Below are positions 39,001 through 51,929 of a stretch of DNA of 64,000 nucleotides, piece by piece. Position 1 is the stretch's first letter. Each line of letters opens with the position of its first letter. Source of the stretch: Paragordius varius (lineage: Eukaryota > Animalia > Nematomorpha); NCBI GenBank assembly GCA_964247055.1, contig OZ176050.1:3472001-3536000 (forward strand), written 5' to 3'. The position numbers and the translations under genes are program-made. A model generated the notes under the pieces. That model searched no databases and had not been told where the DNA came from. It was given only the letters and a program-made list of their open reading frames with translations.

Positions 39001-42000
39001 ATATACCATTTACGATCTAAATTCACCCTTCAACAATTTAACATCACCCTAAAAATAAATTATGTGTTTTCGGACTAAATATAATTCATCATTAATATGA
39101 AACATATTATTATAACATAGTTAATTATTTTTTCAGCATTATTTTAATTTTAAACAAAATTTTATTTTTTAAAAATATAAATATGGCTATTTTAATCTTA
39201 AAAAATATATATATTATTTTAAAGTGAATTTGAATTGTTCGAGGGTTAATATCAAATGTGAATGGTGTAATATTGGGTTGTTAATATGTATATTGCTTAC
39301 AAAATAGAAAGGAATGAAAAATTTTTAAAATAAAAAAAAATACCTCTTCGATTTGTCTGTTAGTCACTCTCCAATGATCTGGATTTTTCCAAACAACATC
39401 ATTGAAGGCATTTAATGGTGCCTTTGTAGTTATGCTAAAAGCCTTAGAAGTTATTACGCGCTTGGTGTTAGTAGGTGAAGTTGTTGTAACAAATTTTGTA
39501 TCAGTTTCTTTAGTTGTTACATGTTTTAAGGGTGCATCGTGAGAAAGGGGATTGTTCTTGACTAAAGTCAAAGATACATTATATTCAGGATTTTTACATT
39601 CATACGTTTTCAATGCACTTTTTGCATCATTCAAATTTTCGATATCCCCAGTACCATAGGTAAGATTTAATTGATTGATATATAAGTTCCGTACCTAAAA
39701 TATACAATAGATGATGATAAATTGTAAAATATTTGAAAATAGGGCTTGATTATTAAATCGAAGCATTTAAGGGCATGAAATAATATATATAGTCCAGAGT
39801 CGCATAAAAATAATACTGAAACATCTCTAAAACTCTGCATAATAAAACCAAATTATTGGCATCCTAAAAAAGCTTAATTAATGTATGTTAAAAACATTAT
39901 AGAAAATAAAAAAGGCGACAGTACTGGATAATTTTCAAGTTGTTATTATATTATATAATTCGCGAATCTTGCGTTATATATATTTTAGCCTCCTAAAATA
40001 ACCCATTATTTAGTAGTTTTTTCTTAATAAGGGCAGAATTGTAATATTTATAAACTTTACTTTACTAAATTTATAAGATTACTAGCGTAAATCTTGTGCT
40101 GCTAAGCAGCCCGAGGAAGTCGTTCGGACTTCTTGGGGGGTGTAGAAGGAGGCGCTATTTGAAAAAGGGTTCAACAAAATTGTGATCCATATATGTGGAT
40201 TATTTCGAAACATTATTTAATTATGATCTCATAGAATTTTTAAAACTGTGCACTTATAGTATTATATTGTTTACTTGTGTGAAAGCCCCAAATTGACGGC
40301 CAACGGAATAAACCGCTATACTAAAATTTTTACCTTTTTATGAGTATTATTTAAAGTCTTTATTGAACTCGGATGGCTTAAGTTTTTTGATTAGATCCAA
40401 AACCATGCCATTTTTTATGGCATCTCAGTTTTAAACGGGTAGACACTTACCCATAGACCTATATGGAAAAAGCGCTGAGTTAAATTTTTTGCCTTTACAG
40501 AGCAGCAAATATTTGGAATCATCTTTGATACCATCGTCTTTTGGGTTATTCGATAAAAATACCTTAACACTAAATTACCGTTATATGATGGCGTATTTAA
40601 CATAAAGGCCTCAAATTAACGGCTAAAAAAACGCTTGACCTTAATTACCTAATTACGGGTAATATTTCAAGCTTTTAATGAGCTCATATGGCTTCATATT
40701 CTGTAGATTAGCTCCAAAACAACGCAAATATCTAAATAATGGCGCAGTTTTGGCGGGTAGCTCCTTACACAGAGGCATGTAAAAAAAGCGTCAGGCAAAA
40801 TTTTTGCCTTTATATGGGGAATATCTGTTATCATGGATCCATGTTTTCATATAAATTCTTGGAAATATTACTTCAAAACTAAAAAATTGTTTGATGGCGG
40901 CGCATTTTTCAGGGCGTATAACTTTACTTAGGGACTCATTGAAATAACCCCCTATACTACAATATTTGTTTTTTAAGGGGTAGTAAATATTTTAGGCCCT
41001 TATTAAACTCACGTAGTATTATAGGTTTTCTGACATTTGGCTCCAAAGGCATGCTGTATCAATTTGGAGACGCAGTAGGCGGGTAGCCCCCTAACCAGGG
41101 CGACACAAAAAAACGCCTGATTAAAATTTTTGCTTTGATTTGGGCAATACCTGGAATCATGATTGATTCCATATGCTCTCATTGGAAGAGTTGCCTCAAA
41201 ACTTAAATATCATTCTATTGTGGCGCATTTTTCAAGGCGTAAAAGGCATAATGAACGGCTAATTTTAAAAAACGACACGAACTAAATTTTTGCCTTGTTA
41301 CGGGTATTATTTTAAGCATTAATTGAACTCATATGGCATGAAAGGTTTCTTGAAATTAAACCCCAGCAAGCTATTTCGATATAACGGGGGATTTTTATCG
41401 GGTATCTCCTTACCCAGCAAAATATAAAAGAAACTCACTACTAATTTTTGCCTGTTAACAGGGAATACCTGGAACCTTCATCAAATTTTTAAGGTTTCAT
41501 ACCTTGGGCGAAAAATAGATTCAAAAAATTATTTTTTTTTTTAAAAAAATGGCATTTTACGGGGGAGCGGGTAAAAAGAGGGCCTAAATTAAAATAGCTA
41601 GCCGACTATGTTCGGCACAATCGAAAAAAAGTAAAAACAAATTATATTTTAAATCGAATGGTCCAACACGTTTTCCGAAAAATTGTCTCAAAGACACGAT
41701 TTTTGGGGACTTATGTTTTCAAAAAAAACCGTTTTTTACTCGGGGTGGACCCGAACTGGGATCCTAATTCAAAAAAGGGCGAAGCTATTGTCGGGGCATT
41801 AATGATTATATTTTTTCAACATTTGGATTAAAATGGGTTTACTAGTTTTCCGGAAACAGATCACAAAGCCAGCATTTTCCATTATTTTTAATATATAGAT
41901 GCAAGTTTTTTAAAGTTTTATATTGGAATATTTTATTCGACACAACCGTCAGTAAATAATTTTTTGATTTGCTCCATCATCCTTTTAGGTAGTTTGATAT

Positions 42001-45000
42001 CTAAGAGTATTCGTAATTTAATACCTATAAAAGTATTTAAGCTATTAAGCCGAATATAAAAATATGCTTTTTTAGCATTTTAGGCGCATTATACAATTTT
42101 TTTTTAAAAAAAATAAAAATTGTAAAAAAATCATATCTTTTGTCGCCATTTTTTCTATAGATTTTTTTAAATCGCTAATGCAACAGGCAAATAAGCGCTG
42201 GTCAGAAATTGTAAATAATTTAATTTAAGCTTTCAGGCTTCATTTTATTAGCAAAAACTTGATATATTTTTATTTTAATATTAGCTGATTGTCTCAATCG
42301 TGGTTTAGAGCTGTCCCATTTTGAAACTCTAGAGTTAAAAAACTGTAAATATTAGCTTTTTTTATCTAATACATGAGAACAATGGTCTTTACAAAATTGA
42401 GCTCTTGGATGTAAAACTACCCCAAACGGTATACTAGGACAAAAAAGTGAAAAGTTGATGAATTTTTAATTAAAAATTAATAGTTGTTTGAAATTATTTT
42501 TGCACTGATTCGTTATTAGGTTATGTATTATTCAAATATTAGTATAGATATTATTTTAAACAAGTGTGAAAATTAAACAACCTATATTAATATGTTTTTT
42601 CTGTGTATAATTTCATTAAAATTTGCATATGTCAACCACAAGTCCTTGACAAAAATTGGTTTTATATGACAATATAATTAATTAGTTAAAATGCCTATTC
42701 ATTATGAATAATCATACAGGCTTAAATGTGTCAAATTTTAAATTAATATTACGTGTAATTTTTTTTCAAATACATCCATATGTAAATTTTTGAATTTTTT
42801 TAATAATGTTAGTAAAAAATCCCGTATAAAGAATTTAAGAGTTACAGTTTTTCACAATTTTTCGAAATATGAAACGAAACTTTTGAGTATTTTAAAGTAA
42901 TTATTTCAAATAATCACGTCTATAAGCACGATATCCAGAACAGCTCTCATTTCTGTTGCGCCGTGCAGGAATCCGTGATGGCGCCTTTTAACCCTCCATG
43001 CAACCCCTTGCATTTCAAAATATAATCAATTCCAACCGTACTCAAAAATGGGTGTGTTTTTATGTTTTTTTGTAAACTTTTAGATACCTATTTTTTAAAA
43101 ATAAAATTTTAAAAATCCGGCGCCCCTTTAACTATGGCTCCCGGTGAACAGCTCCCTCGCGCCTTTGACAATATTATTAGCATTTAAAAAATGTTTTAGG
43201 TGCAAATATTTTAAATATGATTGTTTCAACTTAGTTTTTATCCAACAAAAAATAATATGGTAGAGTATGTAAAGCTTCGGACTCTTAAACTGTCTGTGTG
43301 GAGTTAGTTTGAACCCCGAAACTGCACAATCACTGTCAGCCCTGGGCAGGCGTGTTAAGACTTTCAGAAGTCCCGAATTTAAGTCCCTAGCCTTTAAAGG
43401 AAAAAAGATACCCTTAAGTTTGTATAGTTACACTAAATCGACCAATACTAAATATATTATATACAGTGAGACTTTTCCGAATGAAGCTTTTTATGCTTAT
43501 AAAAATGTAATTTTAGAAAAAACGCCATTTTTGCCCTTAGGTCAACTCTATATAAGGCCATGTTCTAAAAATAATTTATAGGTAATCAAATTTTGGTTGA
43601 AATTTAAAAATGCATATAAATATTTTATATTTTGTTAAAAGTTAATAATTTAATATATTCAAGTTAGTGTTAGATAAAAAGCGCGATAGATCAAACGCCA
43701 TAGAAGCAAAATAATGAGAACTACTAAATTGCGTAACACCTGTTTAATTTTTTTTAAACGATTGATAAAAAATCAAAAGAGGCGTTCATGGAGTTTGCAG
43801 TTTGGAACAAAAAAAATATATAAATTTTTAAAGGGTTTACTTAATATTTTTTTCAGACGATATTAATAATAAACATGATAAATCTTTTTTATGATAAAGA
43901 CCATGAAAATAGGTACATATTCAAAATATTTTTCTATTTCTAGTCTTATATGTTACTAAGCACATGTGACATTTAAAAAAAATTAGCCGTATTTTCTAAT
44001 GCCTTAAGTTTCATCCAAATCATCGACTATATCAAATAATTTTTATAGTATAAAATGGACAAAATCCAACATATTTTAATATTATCAAAATTTTACTGTT
44101 TGTGTGGAGCAAGAATCAAACGGTACTGCAAAAGAAAACGAATTGACTGCATGAAATGCGAAAAAGCATTCTCCTACAGCAACTGATCCCGAATAAAGAT
44201 TTCTGAAAGTTACTGAAACGTCGATTCGCTGTTTTTGACATTCAAATCCTATGCTACTTTCTGCATGGTATTCTAAAATTATTTTGAAAAAATATTTTTA
44301 AATATAAATCATGCCTAGTCCGTTAGATATTGGGGTAAATAACGACCCCAGGCGTCGAAATATAAAAATATATACCTTCCACATAACTTGATATTTCTAA
44401 TTTGATAAACCTGAGGGCAAAAATTAAACAATATGACATGTCAACATTAGCTTAATTTAAATATTATACGAATTAAACAATTTTCCGGCCGATATTAATG
44501 TTAAACGGGAAAAAATTTACTCTTATTAAAGTTGGAATCTAAAAAATAAGATATTTTGCTAAAATGTTTTAAAATAAAAATGGCGTCCGTCCAGACAGTT
44601 TAATATAAAGTTCGCAAACTATGGCTCTTATTTTTAAAATATAAGCATAAATAAAATGGCGCTCTTTTTAATGGTTTATTATATCAAATTGGGCGGGGTG
44701 TTCCCATATAACCCAATTTGATCAAGTTAAATATAATAAATTAATTTATATAGAGTCAGCTTAACTGTATTAGTTAAACATGTGCAATTCAATCGAATAA
44801 AATTTTTTGTAACTTTCCACAACTTCTTGATGTTTTATATTGGTATCATACTACTTAAAAATTTGATATATTATGCTTAAAAACTGAATAAATTTATACC
44901 TAATAAATAAATAATAGTTAAAAGTAGCGATTGAATCATTAACCGGAACCGATTTCTACTTTAAGTAAACGGCTTTGGAATTTTATTAAAGAAAAATATT

Positions 45001-46313
45001 GCAACCTATGAATTAAATAAAAAATGGATAGAAATCTAAAGTTTCAAGCTTTTTGTTATAAATGTAATAACAATATTATACTCATTAAAACTTTGCAGAA
45101 ATTATAGGGTGTCTTAAACGGTATTATTTAGAAAAATTAAAATTTACTCGTGTCAAAATTATAAATACACAGTAATTTGCTTACCTGTCCAGGAGATAGT
45201 ATTTTGATAGAATAATGCGCACCACACCTAAAATATTTAGAATGATTGTGGAAAAACTTTTTGATTTTTAAAAAGAGTGGTTAAAAATTTATATAAATAG
45301 TTACCCATAAAAGATATTTATATTTGTCATGAAACATGGATTGGCGATATTTATAATATTATGGTGACAAGAAAGTATTAGCAATAAATATTGAGATCGA
45401 AGGAATAGAGACAATATTTTTAAAGAAATTTAAAGATTGGAATATAAAAAATATTTAGAACGCAAGTTTTTGGATTTTCTTCCCATTTATTTTGATGATT
45501 TCAAAGTACAGCAAAGGCTTTTCTAGTTCCAACACTTTTTAAGTCGTAAAAAGAAATGAAACTAACATTTCATAAAAAAGATATATAATAAAAATGTTAA
45601 TATAATATTTCTTGTCTTGAAATGTATATTATATGCAGGCAGCAATTTTATATATATGTGGTTGTGTATAAAAAAACGTGGTAAAGAAAAATATATTGTA
45701 GTAGAAAATCTTTGTCACACAGAGTGAGTGTAAGCATCTTTTTATTTCATGGCAGTATTAAAGAAGCAGTAAGACCTTGTGTTACAACATTTATTTTAGT
45801 ATTTTTACTGAATAACATATACGACAACTATTTCGTGTTTATATATAAAATTGCATACCAATTTGAATTTTGACATTTCGCCTTTCCTAAAATATGTATG
45901 GTAATGACTGTGAAGCAGTCACCGTTTTTACGACCATCATTGTTAATTATTTTTAAATTATTATAATATTTAAACATTTTTATTCATAGGGAGTGAGTTT
46001 TTAAAAATAAATTTTCCCATATTTATAATAATTTATTATTGTTAAAACTTTTTATCAATATAGAAAATCGGGTTTTATAATTTGGACTGTTTCACTCGAT
46101 GACAGAGGTGAATGTCTTTTTTAATTAGTATAAGCCTTATATTAATATTTTTTAACATATATGTGGTTATTTCCATTAAAAGTATGATATTTAAATTAAT
46201 TTAATAAATTTAATAATTTTAGTCATCATATAGGTATTTATAGATAAATATACGGGGAAATGAATAACAAGTAATTCTATATCATATGCCAGCATAAAAA
46301 GTGAAATTTTCAT
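26084..46313 (-). CDS. Probably secreted protein of six tandem ZP-N domains (cuticlin/ZP-like), about 1080 aa, 18 exons
   Basis: Exons in transcript order: 46313-46254, 45227-45185, 44272-44097, 39694-39344, 38989-38926, 38862-38690, 38602-38508, 38480-38423, 38256-38238, 38166-37883, 37170-36376, 36300-36136, 34110-33834, 32438-32242, 32174-32073, 32038-32008, 31939-31746, 26242-26084. All are GT-AG and phase-compatible, 3243 nt with a single terminal TAA. Six repeats of the four-Cys ZP-N pattern (C..(M)xV; C; IP(L)xxC; C.Y), e.g. VECGSLGVKVHVKFNEKFSGTIF..CF..IPINSCGT|NQYFFSNELF..ILCK. First two exons (signal-peptide-like) are least certain. Confidence 0.8.
26580..26854. mobile_element. Degenerate hAT-type MITE
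   Basis: Ends AGGGGGTGACCAAC and GTTGGCCACCCTG; near-identical 8-bp flanks TAGTAAAA / TTGTAAAA; end motifs resemble 14283-14843. Confidence 0.6.
27200..31699. mobile_element. 4.5-kb palindromic foldback DNA transposon (TA duplication, CAGT..ACTG termini), non-autonomous, in the last intron of the ZP-N gene
   Basis: TA|CAGTATGCATTTTAATG ... CATTAAAATGCATACTG|TA. 27200-29075 is the reverse complement of 29817-31699, and 29160-29412 of 29565-29815, leaving a ~150-bp spacer and a ~90-bp bulge. Arms carry ~113-119 bp tandem arrays. No transposase seen. TA/CAGT ends suggest Tc1/mariner ancestry (inference). Confidence 0.92.
33470..33590 (-). mobile_element. Probable tRNA-derived SINE
   Basis: B-box-like GAGTTCAAATCCCG on the minus strand; body CACAGTCAGCCCTGGACAGGCGAGTGTTAA recurs at ~43330-43358. 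Confidence 0.45.
34251..36021 (+). mobile_element. Non-autonomous Helitron, copy 1 (1771 bp)
   Basis: A|TCTATATATT 5' end and ...TTTACGCTAG|T 3' end, i.e. TC..CTAG between A and T with no duplication. Internal diverged ~315-bp repeats; poly-C run near the 3' end; 3' hairpin partly deleted relative to copy 2. Confidence 0.85.
39004..39267 (+). mobile_element. ~265-bp MITE copy in a ZP-N gene intron
   Basis: TA|TACCATTT..AATGGTG|TA; homologous to the other three copies. Confidence 0.8.
40082..41899 (-). mobile_element. Non-autonomous Helitron, copy 2 (1818 bp)
   Basis: Minus strand reads A|TCTATATATT ... GAAGTC-CGAAC-GACTTC, GCTGC-TTA-GCAGC, ACAAGATTTACGCTAG|T: TC start, subterminal GC hairpins, CTAG end, A-T target. 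Confidence 0.88.
43255..43370 (+). mobile_element. Second, more decayed copy of the probable SINE
   Basis: GTTTGAACCCCGAAACT (B-box-like) then CACTGTCAGCCCTGGGCAGGCGTGTTAA, matching 33470-33590. Confidence 0.4.
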
Positions 46314-49300
46314 TTTTGTAAAAAGGGAAGCAATAATATTTTTATAGTAATGCATCAAATTAATGTTTTTCTCACTCACTCAAATAAATCAAATTGATGA
46401 AAACTATAAAAATATTAATTTTCTTTTTTATATATGAACTTGTAAATATCATATTACGTGTTTTTATTACATATTTAAATTTATTGTTCCCAAATATACC
46501 TCCTATGACTATACACATTGAAATATTAATTTGTCGTTTTGAATGCGAAAATTTGATTCCAGCGCTTATCCAAGAATCAATTTCTTTCAATCTTATGAAT
46601 CATTTGCAACTAATAAATTTATGTAAAAATTAATTGTCACAAAATTTGAAAACTTATTTCAACATAGACTTCAAAGAGTAAGATCTTTATCCAGACAACT
46701 GATGAAAACTAAGTACACTTCAAATAATTTAGGATTGTGACTTATCGCTAATAATAAAAATAGTATTCAGAATTCAATGAAATGAGCGTTTCATTTATTA
46801 CTATGATAAAATAAAGAACAAAGGGTGAGGTTTTATAAAATTTATGTAATTAGTCAAAATGGAATTATGGATCTAATATGAACAATAACTTTAAATATGC
46901 AAGATAATATAAAAATATTAAATAAATATATTATTTTCATTACTAAGGGTCTAATACATCTGGATCACACCTCCAGTACTGACTTTACTATGACCAATTT
47001 TTTTTTTTGTCATTGGTAAAATAGATATGAGCATCGGCGTTTGAATTGACATTAATTTTAGTTGATAATTATTGTTATGATAAAATTTTTTATTTTACCA
47101 ATTTGCCCAATTAGGGGCTTTACATCTTGATGTAGCACATCGTTCGCTAAACAATAAAATCGAGCTGATACTTTTTATTATACGTTTAATCAGTATTTGG
47201 TGCCTTGTGTCAAACCATCCGTCAAAATAGAATTGATATAGCAATTTTTTTTATAAAATTTAACTTTATAAGCAAATTACATCTATTCAAATATTCTGAT
47301 GCTAGTAAGAAAAATTTACGACATCTCGACTTTGCGTTAGAGCCCAATTAATTAAACGATACAAAACTTTAACATGCAGTATGATTAAGTATACATTGCT
47401 AGAAAGTATTGATTATTGCTAAATTGCATATTCAACAAAGGGCAGTATTATTGGCTTATATAATTTTTTATTATTAATAGTCAATAATAATTCTTTTTTC
47501 TGCATAAGCTATTTGGCAATAATTAATATTCTAGCAATATATACTTACTCATATTGTATTTCATAATCTTCACAAATATCTCCATGAAATATATATTTTT
47601 CTTATAGAAAATTGCATCATGATTCTGATGGTGCTTTTTTGGCTTAATAAGAATCATAAAGCATATCTCATACTATTTCCAAGCATGAGTGAAAGGATAA
47701 AAAAGTGCTTTAAAATATTAAAACTCTTTCACATATGATATCATGACGCTGAATGACCATTAAATTCAATAAAGTACACTTTTGTACCACTATAAAATAG
47801 GCTAGTTTTTTTGATTATCACAGTATCGGAAAATATAAAAAATTATACTGACGAATTATATATTCTTATATAAAATATGCAATTATAATGGGGCTTTCGC
47901 TGGGCTTTACGAATTATATTACATTTTCGAGTGCTTCATATCTAAAAGTCGCATTAGCTTTTGGTACAAGCGAGATGCTTGATCCCAAAAAATATCATTG
48001 AAATATCTCACATTACTATAATAACGAAACATGAGACAGTGCACACAAAAATTATGATGACATATATAATTTCTGATGTATCAGAATTCTAATGTTGCTT
48101 TTTGGGTACAACGATGATTTAATTTCGCTTTTGTGGTAATTGCTTTGTAAAAACAAATTTGCGTACATTATGCGAAAAAATTTTGAACAATGCTTCATTC
48201 TAAAAATATTAAATTATATTATTAACTTTAAATAGAAAATTATATACAATAGACAATTTAATAAGTAGCTTCAGAAGTCGAAAATTTTTGGACAATTAAA
48301 TTGTTATTGCCGTTTCGTGATAAGAAATGTTGATAAATACTAGATTAATAAAAAATTTAAAAAATAAATATTCTGCCTTAAAATTAAAAAATTTCAAAAT
48401 TTTATTGAACCTTACTTCTATGTATTTTTAAACTTCATCACCTTATAAGGTAGTATTATATCCCAGGATTCTCAATACAAATCTTTTAAAAGGTATTTAC
48501 GATATAAATGGATAAATGGGAAGACCTCATGAAGTGTTTAGCATGGAAACGATAAAAAATAATTAGATTAACCATAAATTTCTATCATCTCAGAATTTAA
48601 ATAAAAATCGCTTTACCTTTATATTCGATTAATTTTTTTACCAAATTATATTGAAACTTGAAGACAAATATTTTCAATCAAAATTTTGAGGTGGTAGAAA
48701 TATGGCATCATCGATTTATACAGAAAAAGTTTTTTTAAAATATTTAAAAGCGTTTTACCGTTTCCGTTATGCACCATGAATACGCTTCAACTAAATATTA
48801 GATATAAAGTTTTAGTAACCATTTTCCTTTTTTGATATCATAATCTAGCATGTATTATAATTTCTAAATGACCTGGCATCGTTTTTTTAAAAAGCCCATT
48901 TAAGGGAATGAAAATTTACGACTTTCGGGACCTTCGTTAAAAATTTATAATATAAATATTGTTTTGCTTTTCAAACATGATGTAATTCAGTGATATTTTT
49001 TGAAATAAAGCCAGCTTTTACCAAAAAAATTTTTATTTGATATGTGAATTACTAAATATGAAGGAATTACCACAAAAATGCAAATATTTTAACAGTAGTA
49101 AGCCCCAAAACCAAGAGCAACATATGGTCCTTATACAAAATTCTATATAGTTTATCAGAATATTTTTATATCCCCCGAATTTAAGCGTTGTGTTTACTAA
49201 ATTTTATCATTTAGACGTAGTTCGAAAGTCCCAAACTGGCCTGTAAATGGGGTAGTTTTCTTAAAATAATTTGTAGAAAATGATTAAAATATTTCTTAAA

Positions 49301-50779
49301 ATTTTTTTTATATTCACAAAAGTCTCTGATTAAAAAGCAAACAAACCTTTGTATTTAAAGTGATAATTTTCAGAATCATCGAAATATATAGAAAAGTGTT
49401 TTTATATCTTAAGGCGTTTAAACACCGTTTCCATTATGTCTCAAAGTATGAAGTACACTTCAACAAATTTTTCTATAAATTAAAATTTTTAAGCTTATCT
49501 ATGCTTAAATTGAATTATCATAATTTAAAGCCCTAATCTTTATTTTTACCACTAGCATAGATATTTTCATAGTGTGTCGAATTTGGGGTCAATCAGTTAT
49601 TTGATTTTCCTAATACGTAGCGACCCCAATTGAATAATAAATTAACTGCACACTAGTTTTGCTCACCGTAATAAATCTAGTGTATCAACAAAAGTTCTCT
49701 GAATTAAGTAAATTTAAAAACGTTTGTCAATTTAAAAAGCTCCTTTTCAACAACGTTAGATAATCTTCCCAAGATACAGCTTGGTATCATATTTATATGG
49801 ATCATTAAATATAAAAAAATGTAGTAAAACCGAATCTCATAAACTAGAGGTCTAATTTAAAAAGATCTAAGATAATTTTTACTTTTATAGTTCATATTTA
49901 AGACCATTATACATATATCCAAACATGCTAATTAAAAAATAGCGGGGACGAGTTAACCATGGGATATAAAAAAAGCTTTTGACCAAATTTTTGATGTACT
50001 GAAAAAGCTACGCTTTCTGTTCATAGTTGTCACGAATTTTTCCACGTTTTTTTTATGGTGGTGCATTTTAAAAATGAAGATCAACCCAAGAATGAATTCA
50101 AAAAATGGGCTCCAAAATATTGCCTAGGTCGGGCTATATTTGAAAGCAAAACTTGTATAAATTTTCCGATAAAGATGGTGGAGCCCTACCCGGCTTAAAG
50201 GGGTGTAACTAAAGCTTTTGATTAAATATTTCAAGCCAAACTCTTATTTAATCAATGTGTTTCCCAAAATTTGCTTCAAATCCACGGTATTTTTATATGG
50301 TGACGTATTTTACTTTGATTTGGAACAAAGGGGTAATTTAAATAATGCGCGGGGATTCTAAAATCAATAATGATTTCATATAGTCCCATGGTGGTTAAAA
50401 ATAGCTTTATCAATATTTTTGGGTCAAAAGTGCAGCGGAGGGTGATTTAAAAAAGTAGTAGACTAGGTTCGGGCCATTGGTAATATAAATTTTATTTTTA
50501 TTACTGAATAATTTATAAAGGTGGCTAGAAATAATTTCCGGATGGTTAAGTAAATATCCCCAGTTTATATGAGCTTAAACTTTTTAGAAAAAACAGGGGG
50601 CAAATTAGCCATTTTCATTGATTCGTAACAAACGCGCTCCTTAGTTAATTAACGTTAAAAATAATATATGAATATGTTATACTTAAAACGTTAAATTTAG
50701 ATGTATTAGAATTTTAGGATGTAATGGAATTTTATTAATAAACAGTTAATATTATATGGCGTTTAACTTTAAAATGAAA

Positions 50780-51336
50780 ATCATCTTTAAATTTGCTTAT
50801 AATCTCTAATTTAATAAAATATTCAAGAAATATTTGTATAATATCCTTAATGTTTTTTATATGCTCTATTTGAGCATCATATACCTAACTTTATATATCC
50901 TACAAATATTCAAAACCCAATTATTTCAAATAATCTTCAATTATTATGTTTAAGTGTCACAAAGTTATAAAAAACACGTTGTTATCATCGACCAATGCCT
51001 TTGATGGCGATAGGAATGCACAGGCATACTTTTTTTTAATTAATTCAATTTACTTTTACTTTTAATACTCTTTAACCAATGATCACATAATTGGTAAAAG
51101 TTATTAGAGTCTAAAGTTTTTAACAAAACACAGATCCCAGTGAAAAGTTGTAATTCAAAAATTAATTATTGTAAAATATATATTTAATGAACCAGACCCC
51201 ATATTGGTGTGGATATATCAGACGATATAAAGCAATTTTGGGAAATTTAGTGCTATATATGTATATAATATATTATACGGAATTATTTGGGAAACAAATC
51301 CATTTAGAAACTATCAAAGTCCAACAGTATTAGGTA
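50780..51336 (+). repeat. Unclassified dispersed repeat, copy A
   Basis: Colinear with ~58770-59402 (e.g. GAGCATCATATACCTAACTTTATATATCCTACAAA, TGTTTAAGTGTCACAAAGTTATAAAAA). Boundaries approximate. Confidence 0.75.
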
Positions 51337-51929
51337 TATCATTGCACTTCAAGAGTGTCCTTGAACACTTCAAGTACCTTGAACATTTCAAGTTGGTCCT
51401 TGAACATTTCAAGTTAGTTGTTGAACATTACAAGTTGGTCCTAGAACACTTCAAGTTTGTTCTTTATTAACATTTTTGTTTTGTTTTTAACTTTCATCTA
51501 TTTTATTATTTTTAACCTATTTTCTTTATAACACAAACTTTTAAATCAATATCAAATTTTAATCCTTCAGAAACCGTACATCTTTATTACTTTCTTAAAA
51601 AACATTTTTATATTAATAAGATTTTAACATGTAATTAAAAATCTATAAGTTTTCTGGGTTATTTAGTATTTTTTATTAAAAACATTTATAAATTAATAAA
51701 TTGAAATTAAAAAAAAATAGTTTGAAACAAAAAAAGTGGTTTTTGAATAAAAAATTTTATTTTTAAATGAATAAACATAAAAAAGTTAAAATTAACTTAA
51801 AAAACAATAAAATAAAAAAATACAACTAAAAATTATGATTAAATCAAAATTTAAAAATTTTAAGGACCAACTTGAAATGTTAAGGACCAACTTTAAGTGT
51901 TCAAGGACACTCTAGAAGTGCAAATGGTA
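51337..51929. mobile_element. 593-bp TA-flanked MITE whose terminal inverted repeats contain 21-bp tandem units
   Basis: TA|TATCATTGCACTTC..GAAGTGCAAATGGTA|TA. Unit CCTTGAACATTTCAAGTTGGT occurs about 4 times at left and about 3 times inverted at right. A further end fragment lies at ~52090-52160. Confidence 0.8.
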
